64,000 nt of DNA from NCBI GenBank assembly GCA_030602785.1, contig JAUVZB010000007.1:1420-65419 (forward strand), read 5' to 3'. Numbering within the stretch: position 1 is the stretch's first letter; every line of letters starts with the position of its first letter. A program made the translations under genes and the position numbers. This stretch comes from Dehalococcoidia bacterium (GTDB lineage: Bacteria > Chloroflexota > Dehalococcoidia > GIF9 > AB-539-J10). Under the pieces are notes generated by a model that did no database searches, was not told where the DNA came from, and saw nothing but the letters and a program-made list of their open reading frames with translations. Shown here piece by piece: positions 1 through 10,209 of the stretch.

Positions 1-1
1 C

Positions 2-817
2 TTTCTGCGCATCGCCCTCGAGCTCTCTCTAAAGAAGCTCATTGTGGGCGGCGTGGACCGCGTATATGAGATTGGCCGGGTGTTCAGGAATGAGGGTATA
101 TCTGTGCGGCACAACCCGGAGTTCACGCTCATGGAATGCTACTGTGCGTACGGCGACTATGAGGACATGATGGTCCTGGCGGAGAACCTGTTCGCTGCGG
201 TGGCTCAGGAAGTGCTTGGCACGACTCGCGTCGAGTTCCGCGGTAATCAAATCGAACTGGCCCCGCCCTGGCGGCGCGTATACCTCCGGGATGCCGTGAG
301 GGAGGCAAGCGGCATCGACTTCGAGGACTACGACGACACCGAAGGGTTGCACGAGAGGATGCTGCAGGAGGGCGTGCGTGTCGACGGTTTGCCCCGGCGG
401 GCCAAGCTCATCGACGCCCTCATCTCGACCTTCGTCGAGCCGAAGCTTGTGCAGCCGACGTTCGTGCTTGACTATCCCGTCGAGATGTCGCCCTTCGCAA
501 AGAGGAAGAGGGGCAACGACCGCATGGCCGAGCGTTTCGAAGCCTTCATCTCCGGCCTCGAGTTCGCGAATGCCTTCAGCGAGCTGAACGACCCGGTCGA
601 CCAGCGCGAGCGCCTTGAACAACAGCTCCGGGAGCGGGTCGGCGAGGAGGACGTCGAGGTCGCCGACGAGGATTTCATCGAGGCCATGGAGTATGGCATG
701 CCTCCTGCGGGTGGACTCGGAATCGGCATTGACCGGCTGGTGATGTTGCTGACGGGGCAGGACTCCATCCGCGACGTGATACTTTTTCCTCAGCTAAGGG
801 GGAAGCACGATGATTGA
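2..817 (+). CDS. lysS: Lysyl-tRNA synthetase, class II, C-terminal part (5' end lies outside the window)
   Basis: Frame 2 is open from base 2 with no stop before the track ORF at 44. Motifs ...[17 protein letters not shown]...PEFTLMECY... and class-II motif 3 [16 protein letters not shown]...IRDVILFP. Confidence 0.9.
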   Translation, partial: FLRIALELSLKKLIVGGVDRVYEIGRVFRNEGISVRHNPEFTLMECYCAYGDYEDMMVLAENLFAAVAQEVLGTTRVEFRGNQIELAPPWRRVYLRDAVREASGIDFEDYDDTEGLHERMLQEGVRVDGLPRRAKLIDALISTFVEPKLVQPTFVLDYPVEMSPFAKRKRGNDRMAERFEAFISGLEFANAFSELNDPVDQRERLEQQLRERVGEEDVEVADEDFIEAMEYGMPPAGGLGIGIDRLVMLLTGQDSIRDVILFPQLRGKHDD

Positions 818-2051
818 CATCAGGCTTATCAGGGAAGACCGCCCGCTTGTGGAGCGTGCGATGGAGTTGAGGGGCAGCACTGACGCCATTGGCCCGGTTG
901 TCGAGGCTGATGAGCGGCACCTCAAGCTGTTGCGCGAGATGGAAGGGCTGCGCGCGCGTCATAACCAGACGAGCAAGCAACTCGGGCGTATGAAGGAGCG
1001 CCCGCCCGGGCTTATGGAGGAGATGAAGGACCTCGGGGAGCAGATCGCTGAACTGCAGCGCGGGACGAAGGAGGCGAAGGACGCTCTTGACGCCCTGTTG
1101 CTGGAACTGCCGAACATGCCGCACGAGAGTGTCCCCGAGGGCAAAGACGCCGAGGACAACATCATCGTACGCAGCTGGGGAACCCCGAGGCAGTTCGAGT
1201 TCGAGCCCGCCTCGCACTGGGACATCGGCGAGCGCCTGGACATAATCGACTTCGTGAGAGGGGTCAAGCTCTCCGGGAGCCGGTTCTACGTGCTGAAGGG
1301 CCTCGGAGCGCGGCTTCAGCGGGCACTCATCTCCTTCATGCTGGACCTGCACACGAAGGAACACGGATATAGAGAGATATACCCGCCGTTCATGCTCCGG
1401 AAGGAGTGCATGGTGGGCTCGGGCAATCTGCCCAAGTTCGCTGACAACCTGTATCACGATGCAGAGGAGGACTTCTGGTTTGTCCCCACGGCGGAAGTGC
1501 CGTTGACGAACCTGCACCGTGACGAGATTCTCGACGGGAGCGAGTTGCCCGTGCGCTACGTGGCGTATACGCCGTGCTTCCGCCGGGAGAAGATGGCGGC
1601 AGGCAAGGACACGCGGGGCATCAAGCGGGGTCACCAGTTCGACAAGGTCGAGCTGTACAAGTACGTGAGGCCCGACGACTCCGATGCCGAGCTTCTCACT
1701 CTGCTCACCGACGCGGAGGAAGTGCTGCAGAAGCTGGAGTTGCCATACCGTGTGGTTCAGCTCTGCACGGGGGACCTCGGGTTTGCATCGTGCAAGACAT
1801 TCGACATCGAGGTCTGGGCGCCCGGGTGCGGAGAGTGGCTCGAGGTCAGCTCGTGCAGCAATTGCGGGGACTTCCAGGCAAGGAGGGCCAACGTGCGCTT
1901 CCGCGCGGAGGTCGGTTCCAAGCCCCAGTTCCTGCACACACTGAACGGCTCCGGACTCGCGCTTCCCAGAGTGCTTATTGCCGTGCTGGAGAACTGCCAA
2001 CAGGCGGATGGCTCTGTGCTGGTGCCGGAGATTCTGAACAGGTATATGTAG
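810..2051 (+). CDS. serS: Seryl-tRNA synthetase
   Basis: 413 aa. N-terminal coiled-coil, then class II core (RFYVLKG..., [25 protein letters not shown]). Start overlaps the lysS stop by 8 nt. Confidence 0.9.
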   Translation: MIDIRLIREDRPLVERAMELRGSTDAIGPVVEADERHLKLLREMEGLRARHNQTSKQLGRMKERPPGLMEEMKDLGEQIAELQRGTKEAKDALDALLLELPNMPHESVPEGKDAEDNIIVRSWGTPRQFEFEPASHWDIGERLDIIDFVRGVKLSGSRFYVLKGLGARLQRALISFMLDLHTKEHGYREIYPPFMLRKECMVGSGNLPKFADNLYHDAEEDFWFVPTAEVPLTNLHRDEILDGSELPVRYVAYTPCFRREKMAAGKDTRGIKRGHQFDKVELYKYVRPDDSDAELLTLLTDAEEVLQKLELPYRVVQLCTGDLGFASCKTFDIEVWAPGCGEWLEVSSCSNCGDFQARRANVRFRAEVGSKPQFLHTLNGSGLALPRVLIAVLENCQQADGSVLVPEILNRYM

Positions 2052-2135
2052 CAACCAGGGTCTATCCGCGGTCCTGTGCTTCCCGAACAACAGCAGGGCC
2101 GCGTGGCAGAACACATTCTGCAAGGAGGGAGAGAC

Positions 2136-3845
2136 ATGGTGCGTTCAACTCCGCTGAGCTACGCTTACGGGAGCTCGGCCACCCCGCCCATCGGACTGAC
2201 TATCCCGGATTTCCTCGACCACATCAGTGACAGTTTCCCCGACAACGAGGCGCTGGTGGATGTTCCAAGTGGCCGCCGGTGGACCTACACAGAGTTCAGG
2301 GACGATTGCCGCCGGGTGGCGAAGTCCCTGATGAAGCTCGACGTCAAACGTGGGGACAGGATCGGCATCTGGGCCACCAACTACCCCGAGTGGGTGCTGG
2401 TACAGTTCGGTAGCGCCATGATGGGTGCCGTGCTGGTCAACATCAACCCCGCCTACCGCACCCACGAGCTGGAACATGCCTTGAAGAACTCGGAGGCAAG
2501 CACGCTCCTGCTTATCGAGCGCTTCAAGTCCTCGGACTACGTCTCCATGTTCTACGACGTGTGCCCGGAGGCGCGCGACTCTACTCCCGGGGCGATACGG
2601 TCCGAGAGGCTGCCGGAGCTCAGGAGCGCAATCCTGATAGGCGACCAATCGCCGCCCGGCATGTTCAACTGGCAGCAGTTCCTTGCTCTGGGCGAGGACG
2701 TTGCCTATGACGAGCTTGACGAGCGCCAGGCCTTGCTGGACTTCGACGATGTCATCAACATCCAGTACACGTCAGGGACAACGGGCTTGCCCAAAGGCGC
2801 GTCGCTGACACACCGTAACATCCTCAACAACGGCTTCTTCTCCGGAGAGGGGATGCTGCTGAGCGACAAGGACCGTCTGTGCATCCCTGTGCCCTTCTAC
2901 CACTGCTTCGGCATGGTGCTGGCCAATCTGGCCTGTGTGACTCATGGGGCAACCATGGTTGTGCCTGCAGAGAGCTTCGACGCTCTCGCGACGCTCCAGG
3001 CGGTGGAGCAGGAGCACTGCACCGCGCTCCATGGGGTGCCGACGATGTTCATCGCCGAGCTGGAGCATCCGGAGTTCGACTCCTTCGACCTGCGTTCATT
3101 GCGAACGGGTATCATGGCGGGGGCCCCCTGTCCTATCGAAATCATGAAGAAAGTCAACGAGAAGATGCACGCGAGCCAGATGACCATCGGCTACGGTGAG
3201 ACCGAGGCCTCTCCTGTGGCAACGCAGACGCCTGTCGACGCGGCGCTCGAAGACCGCACAGGCACCGTGGGCCTGCCTGGCCCCTGCGTTGAAGTCAAGG
3301 TTGTCGACAGGGAGACCGGAGCCATCGTTCCGTGCGGGACCCAGGGTGAGATTTGCTATCGCGGCTACAACATCATGCGAGGCTACCACAACAACCCCGA
3401 GGCGACGGCCGAGGCCATCGATGTCGCCGGCTGGCTGCACAGCGGAGACCTCGCCACCATGGACGAGCGAGGCTACTGCAAGATTACAGGCCGGGCCAAA
3501 GAGATGATCATAAGGGGTGGCGAGAACGTCTACCCGCGGGAGATAGAGGAGTTCCTGTTCGGTCATCCCAAGGTGAAGAACGTCCAGGTCATCGGAGTGC
3601 CTGACGAGAAGTATGGCGAAGAGATCCAGGCGTGGATTGAGCTGCGCGAGGGAGAGACGGCCACGGAGGACGAGGTCAAGGCCTACTGCAAGGGGAAGAT
3701 CGCCCACTACAAGATACCGAAGTACGTCAAGTTCGTCACCGAGTATCCGATGACGATCACGGGCAAGATACAGAAGTTCAAGATGCGCGAGGCGGCCATC
3801 AAGGAACTTGGCCTTGAGAAGGCTGCCCGGGTGAAGACCGCGTAG
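2136..3845 (+). CDS. AMP-dependent synthetase/ligase (acyl-CoA synthetase, FadD-like)
   Basis: YTSGTTGLPKGASLTHRN AMP-binding motif and GYGETE... motifs. Start moved to the ATG at 2136, preceded by AGGAGGGAGAG. The upstream Met of the track ORF has no SD. Confidence 0.85.
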   Translation: MVRSTPLSYAYGSSATPPIGLTIPDFLDHISDSFPDNEALVDVPSGRRWTYTEFRDDCRRVAKSLMKLDVKRGDRIGIWATNYPEWVLVQFGSAMMGAVLVNINPAYRTHELEHALKNSEASTLLLIERFKSSDYVSMFYDVCPEARDSTPGAIRSERLPELRSAILIGDQSPPGMFNWQQFLALGEDVAYDELDERQALLDFDDVINIQYTSGTTGLPKGASLTHRNILNNGFFSGEGMLLSDKDRLCIPVPFYHCFGMVLANLACVTHGATMVVPAESFDALATLQAVEQEHCTALHGVPTMFIAELEHPEFDSFDLRSLRTGIMAGAPCPIEIMKKVNEKMHASQMTIGYGETEASPVATQTPVDAALEDRTGTVGLPGPCVEVKVVDRETGAIVPCGTQGEICYRGYNIMRGYHNNPEATAEAIDVAGWLHSGDLATMDERGYCKITGRAKEMIIRGGENVYPREIEEFLFGHPKVKNVQVIGVPDEKYGEEIQAWIELREGETATEDEVKAYCKGKIAHYKIPKYVKFVTEYPMTITGKIQKFKMREAAIKELGLEKAARVKTA

Positions 3846-3872
3846 GCCCAATTACTCACAGGACACGAGAGA

Positions 3873-3910
3873 GGGGCGGGCCTTGTGCCCGCCCCGATAT
3901 GTGTTTCTTT
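3873..3910. terminator. Convergent (bidirectional) intrinsic terminator between the acyl-CoA synthetase (+) and the 2-hydroxyacid dehydrogenase (-)
   Basis: GGGGCGGGC-cttgt-GCCCGCCCC stem at 3873-3895, followed by gatatgtgtttcttt. Confidence 0.55.
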
Positions 3911-3925
3911 GAGACCCGGTCAGTC

Positions 3926-4894
3926 TCACTGACAGATTGGCTTGTTGACCAGGTTTGGTGGAGGCTGTCCTTCCAGCGCAGCAATGATGTTCCTCACGGA
4001 CACGTATGCCATCGCGGTCCTTGTCTCCCAGCTGCCGCTGCCGATGTGCGGCGTCAGCACGACGTTCGGTAGCTCTGTCAGCCCCGGGGTCACCGCCGGC
4101 TCCTTCTCAAATACGTCGAGGGCGGCCCCCGCTATCTGCTTCTCGAGCAAGGCTGTCAACAGCGCCTGCTCGTCGACCACGGGCCCTCTCGTCGTGTTCA
4201 CCAGGAAAGCAGAAGGCTTCATGAGGGACAGCCGGCGGGCGTCGATAAGGTGGAGGGTCTCCTCCGTAAGCGGCACGTTGAGAGAGACGAAGTCGGATTC
4301 CTTGAGGAGCGCGTCGATCTCCATGTAGCGGGCACCGAGGGCACGCTCTGTTTCCTTGTCCAGCGGTTTCCTGTTGTGGTAGAGGACTCTCATTCCGAAG
4401 CCCTGAGCCCGTCTTCCTACCGCCTGGCCAATCCTGCCGCAGCCGATGATGCCAAGTGTCTTGCCCCATACATCGGCTCCCAGCATCGCGAACGGCTTGA
4501 ATCCCTGGAACTGGCCGGCACGCACGTAGGCGTCAGCCTCTACCACTCTCCGCGCCACGGCCATCAGTATGGCCCACGAGAGGTCCGCCGTCGTCTCCGT
4601 CAGGACGTCCGGCGTGTTCGTGACCATGATTCCCTTCTGCGCCGCGTAGTCGGCGTCGATGTTGTTGTAGCCGACGCCCCAGTTGGCGACTATCTTCAGG
4701 CGTGGGCCGACGGCATCGAGGACCGCCCTGTCGACCCTGCTCCCAACACAGAGCAACGCATCGGAGTCTGCCAGTTGCGCTACGAGTTCCTGCGCCGTGA
4801 GCACGCGATTCTCCTCGTTAACGACGACAGTGTGCTTCTCGCGCAGAGCGTTGAGGGGGGCGTCCGGAAGCCAATAGGACACGAATACCTTCAT
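3926..4894 (-). CDS. D-isomer-specific 2-hydroxyacid dehydrogenase (glyoxylate/hydroxypyruvate reductase-like)
   Basis: NAD-binding GxGxIG (IIGCGRIGQAVGRR) and catalytic His region. Start chosen at MKVFVSYW (ATG 4894), preceded by GGAGAGGAGG. Confidence 0.8.
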   Translation of the reverse strand: MKVFVSYWLPDAPLNALREKHTVVVNEENRVLTAQELVAQLADSDALLCVGSRVDRAVLDAVGPRLKIVANWGVGYNNIDADYAAQKGIMVTNTPDVLTETTADLSWAILMAVARRVVEADAYVRAGQFQGFKPFAMLGADVWGKTLGIIGCGRIGQAVGRRAQGFGMRVLYHNRKPLDKETERALGARYMEIDALLKESDFVSLNVPLTEETLHLIDARRLSLMKPSAFLVNTTRGPVVDEQALLTALLEKQIAGAALDVFEKEPAVTPGLTELPNVVLTPHIGSGSWETRTAMAYVSVRNIIAALEGQPPPNLVNKPICQ

Positions 4895-4948
4895 CTGTTG
4901 CCTCCTCTCCTTGTGGCGTAGTCCGCCCATTGTACTGCAGGGTGGTTC

Positions 4949-5317
4949 TCAGGATATGGGGACCGCGTTCTCGATGAGCTCGGCACGGGTCTGAACGCCG
5001 TGCTCATCCATCTCTATCGCCACCACATCGATGCGCCACACCTGGTCTTCCGGGTTGTCATGTGACGCGACGTAGTCCAGCGCGCAGGTTACGAGCTTCC
5101 GCCGCTTCTGCCGGGTTACCGACTCCTCCGGGGTCCCGAATTCGGTGCTGGTCCGGCTTCTCACCTCGACGAAGACGAGACAACCCCTGACCCGGGCGAC
5201 GATATCTATCTCGCCGTAGTGGCCGCGTGCGTTGGTCTCGACAATCCTGTAGCCGCGCTTCTTGAGCAGCGAGCACGCCAGTTGCTCGCCGCGCCGACCA
5301 ACCTCCGACGGCTTCAC
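4949..5317 (-). CDS. yraN: YraN/UPF0102 family endonuclease
   Basis: GRRGEQLACSLLKKRGYRIVETNARGHYGEIDIVA matches the YraN/UPF0102 family. A GTG start at 5317 overlaps the rnhB stop as GTGA and follows a GAGGGAGG SD. Confidence 0.7.
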   Translation of the reverse strand: MKPSEVGRRGEQLACSLLKKRGYRIVETNARGHYGEIDIVARVRGCLVFVEVRSRTSTEFGTPEESVTRQKRRKLVTCALDYVASHDNPEDQVWRIDVVAIEMDEHGVQTRAELIENAVPIS

Positions 5318-5886
5318 AGAAGGCCTCCCTCGACCATGCGCACGGGTTTGAAGCTGCGGCGGTGCTCCGGACACGCGCCCCGCCCGGCAAGGAAACTCAA
5401 GTGGTCTGCGGTTCCGTAGCCTTTGTGGCGCGCGAAGTCGTAGCCCGGGTGTTGCCGGTCCAGCTCTGCCATGATGCGGTCACGAGTCACCTTGGCGACG
5501 ATGGAGGCGCATGCGATGGAGAGGCAACGGCTGTCGCCCTTCACGATTCCCTCCTGGCGGACCCGGAGTTGCGGCAGCACCATCCAGTCGACAAGCACGA
5601 ACTCCGGGCGCACAGCGAGGCTGTCGAGCGCCGCGTACATCGCCTTTCGAGTCGCTGCAACGATGCCGGCCGAGTCGATGTCCCCGCTGCCCGTGATGCC
5701 GACGCCGACCGCAAGCGCATCCCTGGAGATGAGGGCGAACAACCGCTCGCGCTGAGATGCTGTGAGCTGTTTGCTGTCGCGAACCTCGTTGTACCACGGA
5801 AGTTCGAGACACCAGTCCGCCACGACGGCGCCCGCGACAACGGGCCCCGCAAGTGCACCACGCCCTGCCTCGTCAACTCCCGCCAC
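5314..5886 (-). CDS. rnhB: Ribonuclease HII
   Basis: VAGVDEAGRGALAGPVV, DSK and IACASIVAKVTRD motifs. The start is uncertain: GTG at 5886, or ATG at 6012/6015, which would overlap mnmA by about 70 nt. Confidence 0.75.
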   Translation of the reverse strand: MAGVDEAGRGALAGPVVAGAVVADWCLELPWYNEVRDSKQLTASQRERLFALISRDALAVGVGITGSGDIDSAGIVAATRKAMYAALDSLAVRPEFVLVDWMVLPQLRVRQEGIVKGDSRCLSIACASIVAKVTRDRIMAELDRQHPGYDFARHKGYGTADHLSFLAGRGACPEHRRSFKPVRMVEGGLL

Positions 5887-5944
5887 GGGCCATACACCCT
5901 GCTCTTTGAGTGAGGTCTCCCGGGCATTGGTCGGGAAGTGCCGT

Positions 5945-6997
5945 CTAGCGCACACGCCTGGCCTCCCTGTGTGCCTCGTGGATGATTCCTCCGCCGAGCA
6001 CCACGTCCCCATCATAGAACACGATTGACTGCCCGGGCGCGATGGCGCGCTGCGGCTCGCCGAATCTCACGTAGGCTTCGCGGGAAGTGAGAGTCACATG
6101 TGCGGTAGTTCCCTTCGAGCGAAAGCGCACCTTCGCGTGCACGTCCAGGGCATTGTCCGGGGGGGCGCCCGCGAGCCACGACAGATTGCGGAGCGTTGCC
6201 GCCTCGCTGTAGAGCTCGTCCTCGGTTCCGACGACCAGCCGGTTCAGGCGAGCGTCCAATTGCACGACGTACTGTGGCTCTCCGAGAGCCATGCCCAGTC
6301 CGCGCCGCTGCCCGACTGTGTAGAAGGGTAGCCCCCTGTGCTGCCCGAGCACTCTTCCCCCGGTGTCGATGATGTCTCCGGGAGTGGAAGAGACCCGGGC
6401 CGCCACGAAGCGATGGTAGCTCCTGTCGTGGACGAAGCAGATGTCCTTGCTCGGCTTCCCCGTCGGGAGGCCTTCGTCGGAGGCAATGGAGTGCACTTCC
6501 TTCCGCGTCATCGCGCCGAGAGGCAGCAGGACGCGTTCAAGCGCAGGACCGTCGACCGCATAGAGGAAGTAGGACTGGTCGGCCTGCCTGTCGAGTGCCC
6601 GCAAGAGCAGGTTGCGGCCGGAGCACCGCTCCAGTCGCGCATAGTGACCGGTTGCCAGACGGTCGGCCCCCCTGGAGAGCGACTCCCTCAGCGTGACCCC
6701 GAACTTGATGCTCCTGTTGCAGACAACACAGGGGTTGGGTGTTCTTCCGGAGGAGTACTCGGAGCAGAACGGCGCCACGACGCGAGAAGAGAACTCCTGC
6801 ACGAGGTCCACCACATGCAGCTCGATGCCGAGACGGCGTGCGAGGACTTGTGCTTGCTCGCTCTGCGCCAATGAAGCGGGTGTGTCTGTGAGCAGCAGGT
6901 GCAACGCACACAGCTCGTAAGGGCCCCGTCTGAGGACCATCGCTGCAACGGCGGAGTCGGCGCCGCCACTGAGCGCGACTGCTACTCGCTGTCTCAT
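5945..6997 (-). CDS. mnmA: tRNA-specific 2-thiouridylase MnmA
   Basis: PP-loop SGGADSAVAA, CNRSIKFG, HYAR and the C-terminal beta-barrel. Start chosen at MRQRVAVALSGG. The N-terminal extension in the track ORF is not MnmA-like. Confidence 0.85.
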   Translation of the reverse strand: MRQRVAVALSGGADSAVAAMVLRRGPYELCALHLLLTDTPASLAQSEQAQVLARRLGIELHVVDLVQEFSSRVVAPFCSEYSSGRTPNPCVVCNRSIKFGVTLRESLSRGADRLATGHYARLERCSGRNLLLRALDRQADQSYFLYAVDGPALERVLLPLGAMTRKEVHSIASDEGLPTGKPSKDICFVHDRSYHRFVAARVSSTPGDIIDTGGRVLGQHRGLPFYTVGQRRGLGMALGEPQYVVQLDARLNRLVVGTEDELYSEAATLRNLSWLAGAPPDNALDVHAKVRFRSKGTTAHVTLTSREAYVRFGEPQRAIAPGQSIVFYDGDVVLGGGIIHEAHREARRVR

Positions 6998-7040
6998 CGA
7001 AAACCGCCGACTCTGCTCTCCTCGCGAAGGGACGTCTGTG

Positions 7041-7679
7041 CTAGGCAGGGTGCTGCCCGGACGCGCGTTCTTCCAGAAGGGTCTGGACCCGCTCCAGAAT
7101 CGACTGTGCCGTCGTGCCGGACGAGCGTGTTGCGTCCAGGACGAGCCAGCGCTGTGGCTCCTCCGCTGCAAGGCGGTGGTAGCCCTGTCTCACACGCTCG
7201 TGGAAGACCAGCCCCTCCAGCTCGAAGCGGTCTCGTGGCTGCCTTTTTCGTTTGAGTGCCAGGGCGGGATCCATGTCGAGCAGCACGATGAGGTCCGGAC
7301 GGAGCTCTCGTGTAGCAACCGAGTTGATCGTCTCCACGAGGTCGAGAGGCAGCCCCCGGCCGTAACCCTGGTACGCAATCGTCGAGTCGGAAAACCTGTC
7401 GCAGATGACGATGCTGTCCTGCTCGAGCGCTGGAATAATGACCTCGCACGTAAGCTGGGCCCTGGCCGCAGCGAAGAGAAGCAGCTCGGCCTCCGGCGAG
7501 ACCAGTGTATCGCGACACTTCTTCAGGGAACGGCGGAGGTCGTCCCCGAGGGATGTCCCTCCAGGCTCGTGGGTGCGGACGACTCGATGGCCGGCCCGTT
7601 TGAGCTGCTCCGCGAGGCGCTTCGCCTGCGTGGTCTTGCCGCAGCCCTCTCCTCCTTCGAACGAAACAAAGAGTCCCAT
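7041..7679 (-). CDS. tmk: Thymidylate kinase
   Basis: P-loop FEGGEGCGKTTQ, DRF and LID region. 212 aa. Confidence 0.9.
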   Translation of the reverse strand: MGLFVSFEGGEGCGKTTQAKRLAEQLKRAGHRVVRTHEPGGTSLGDDLRRSLKKCRDTLVSPEAELLLFAAARAQLTCEVIIPALEQDSIVICDRFSDSTIAYQGYGRGLPLDLVETINSVATRELRPDLIVLLDMDPALALKRKRQPRDRFELEGLVFHERVRQGYHRLAAEEPQRWLVLDATRSSGTTAQSILERVQTLLEERASGQHPA

Positions 7680-7683
7680 CGAT

Positions 7684-9129
7684 CTACAGCAACCCCCGGA
7701 CTATGGAGTCCTCCCTGGAATTGGCGCTGCCGCTCTCCTTTCCTCTCCTGCCGTTGAGCACCTCCTGCAACTTGTGAACGTAGCCGGTTCGCGAAAGGTC
7801 GGGAGACAGAGACTGCAGGCTCTGGCGCAGCTGCGAGACGTCATTGCCTTTGAGTACGTAGACAGGGATGCCGAGCGCTTCGGCATCGCGAATGCGCTGC
7901 GGTTTGCGCCGGTAGTGGGCCCGTGTTGTCAGGAAGATGTCGGAGCTTCCGATATTGTCCACGAGCTGTATGGCTGCGCGTTCTCTCTTGGCGGCGAGTT
8001 CCAGTCGCGCCCGGTTGACGCCGAAAGGGAAGACCCTGAAGGTCCGCTCGCGGCCCTGCAGCTCGGCCGCCTCTATTACCTGGACTTGTGACCCGCTGTT
8101 GGATAGAGACTCATGTCGGGTCTCAGTCCGGGTCCGGCCGTCATCGTCCACCCAGCGGAACTCGGTGCGCACGGGCTTCCGGTTCAGGATGCTGTCTGCG
8201 GCCTCGGAGACGTCCGCATGGACCGATACCTTGTAGAAGTCGTGAATCTCCACCACAACATCGAATGTGGGAGGCGCCTTGCGCTCGAGCACGGACTTCT
8301 GCGTGTGCCTTCTGCGGGCCTCCTCGTCACCGAGCGTCACCGACTGAGTTCCGCCCACAAGGTCTGAGAGAGTAGGGTTGAGTATCAGATTCTCCAGGCT
8401 GTTGCCGTGGGCTGTCCCGATGAGCTGAACGCCGCGTTCGGCTATAGTCCGGGCAGCCTGTGCCTCGAGTTCGGTCCCAATCTCGTCGATGATGATGACC
8501 TCGGGCATATGGTTCTCGACGGCCTCAATCATCACTGCATGTTGCTGTTCAGGTGTGGGTACCTGCATCCGCCGCGCGTGACCGATGGCGGGATGGGGGA
8601 TGTCTCCGTCGCCGGCTATCTCGTTCGACGTGTCAATCACAATGACGCGTTTCTTCGCGCTGTCTGCAAGAACACGGGCAACCTCGCGCAGCATGGTCGT
8701 CTTGCCTACGCCGGGGCGACCAAGAAGAAGGATATTCTGGCCGGACTCGATGAGGTCTTCAATCATGTCCACCATGCCGAACACCGCGCGACCCACCCGG
8801 CAGGTGAGGCCAACGATGTCGCCACGACGGTTGCGCATCGCAGAGATGCGATGGAGAGTCCGTTCGATGCCGGCTCTGTTGTCAGATGTGAAGACCCCGA
8901 CGCGCGATACCACAAAGGCGATGTCGTTGTGGTCGACTTCCTTGCAGCTGATGAGGCTGTCTTGTCGGGGGAGGCGCGCCTCGGGAGGCGCGCCGAGGTC
9001 GAGCACAATCTCGAGCAGTCCGCTGAGTTGTGCCTGCTCGCGCAGCGGCTCGCGGACATGGGGAGGAAGTACATCTAGAAGAGCGTCAAGGTCGTCCGCT
9101 ACTACCTGTCGCAAACGCGTCCCTACCAA
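7684..9129 (-). CDS. R3H-domain-containing AAA-type ATPase (Ycf45/SpoIIIAA-like)
   Basis: Walker [12 protein letters not shown] and Walker [11 protein letters not shown]-terminal region consistent with an R3H nucleic-acid-binding domain. Confidence 0.7.
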   Translation of the reverse strand: MVGTRLRQVVADDLDALLDVLPPHVREPLREQAQLSGLLEIVLDLGAPPEARLPRQDSLISCKEVDHNDIAFVVSRVGVFTSDNRAGIERTLHRISAMRNRRGDIVGLTCRVGRAVFGMVDMIEDLIESGQNILLLGRPGVGKTTMLREVARVLADSAKKRVIVIDTSNEIAGDGDIPHPAIGHARRMQVPTPEQQHAVMIEAVENHMPEVIIIDEIGTELEAQAARTIAERGVQLIGTAHGNSLENLILNPTLSDLVGGTQSVTLGDEEARRRHTQKSVLERKAPPTFDVVVEIHDFYKVSVHADVSEAADSILNRKPVRTEFRWVDDDGRTRTETRHESLSNSGSQVQVIEAAELQGRERTFRVFPFGVNRARLELAAKRERAAIQLVDNIGSSDIFLTTRAHYRRKPQRIRDAEALGIPVYVLKGNDVSQLRQSLQSLSPDLSRTGYVHKLQEVLNGRRGKESGSANSREDSIVRGLL

Positions 9130-10004
9130 CCCCTGGAGGCGAGGAGTTCCTGTTGGGGGATAGAACTCATCTCCAGGCCGGGCATGGCTTCTCCGAGACC
9201 CTTTGAGACGCGCGCAATGATAGCGGGATCCCGGAAGTGGGTGACTGCCTCTACGACGGCCTTTGCCCTGGCAGCAGGGTTGCTCGACTTGAAGATGCCC
9301 GAGCCGACGAACACGCCGTCGGCGCCAAGCTGCATCATGAGGGCCGCGTCGGCGGGCGTGGCGACGCCTCCGGCAGCGAAGTTGACGACAGGCAGCTTCC
9401 CCGACTCGTGCAGGTCGAGCAGAAGCTGGAGTGGGGCTCCGAGGACCTTGGACTCCGTGGAGAGTTCTTCCTTCGGAAGTGACTGCACTCTGCGTATGCC
9501 GTCCTGCACCGCTCGCATGTGGCGGACAGCCTCCACGATGTTGCCCGTACCGGCTTCACCCTTGGTGCGTATCATAGCCGCTCCTTCGGAGATGCGGCGC
9601 AGAGCCTCTCCAAGCTCCCGGCAACCGCATACGAAGGGGACCTGAAAATCGTGCTTCCACACGTGGAAATGCTCATCTGCCGGAGTGAGGACCTCCGACT
9701 CGTCTATGAAGTCGACGCCGAGAGATTCGAGCACCTGCGCCTCGACGAAGTGGCCGATGCGGCACTTCGCCATGACAGGGATGCTCACCGTCTCCATGAT
9801 CGCGGCTATCACCGTCGGGTCGGCCATCCTGGCGACGCCTCCCGCTGCCCGGATATCGGAAGGGACACGTTCAAGCGCCATGACTGCACAGGCGCCGGCA
9901 TCCTCAGCAATCTTTGCATGCTCAGGCGTGACGACATCCATGATAACGCCGCCCTTCAGGGACTGCGCGAGACCGCACTTGGTCCTGAAAGTGCTCTTCT
10001 CCAT
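9123..10004 (-). CDS. pdxS: Pyridoxal 5'-phosphate synthase lyase subunit PdxS
   Basis: [10 protein letters not shown]...[16 protein letters not shown], typical PdxS (SNZ) N-terminus. 293 aa. Confidence 0.9.
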   Translation of the reverse strand: MEKSTFRTKCGLAQSLKGGVIMDVVTPEHAKIAEDAGACAVMALERVPSDIRAAGGVARMADPTVIAAIMETVSIPVMAKCRIGHFVEAQVLESLGVDFIDESEVLTPADEHFHVWKHDFQVPFVCGCRELGEALRRISEGAAMIRTKGEAGTGNIVEAVRHMRAVQDGIRRVQSLPKEELSTESKVLGAPLQLLLDLHESGKLPVVNFAAGGVATPADAALMMQLGADGVFVGSGIFKSSNPAARAKAVVEAVTHFRDPAIIARVSKGLGEAMPGLEMSSIPQQELLASRGW

Positions 10005-10209
10005 GGCAGTATTATAGGTCAGCTATCCGCAGGACGCAAAGGCAGTGCACAGGCCGTTCTTGTCTTCGAGCCACAGTCCGTGGATTCTTCAAGCTGCCGG
10101 AACGTGAAGGAGGGCCCAGGCGCCACTGCGCTTGAGCCCTCCACGGCTGTCATGTTCTGATGTCGCCTTCAACTCATCCTGCAGGGATGAGTCACCCGGC
10201 GGCGCCTGG

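Noticed and set aside
675-2123. 482-aa minus-strand ORF antisense to serS
   Set aside because: Fully overlaps the well-supported serS on the opposite strand. Low-complexity Arg/Ala/Pro-rich translation typical of antisense ORFs in high-GC DNA.
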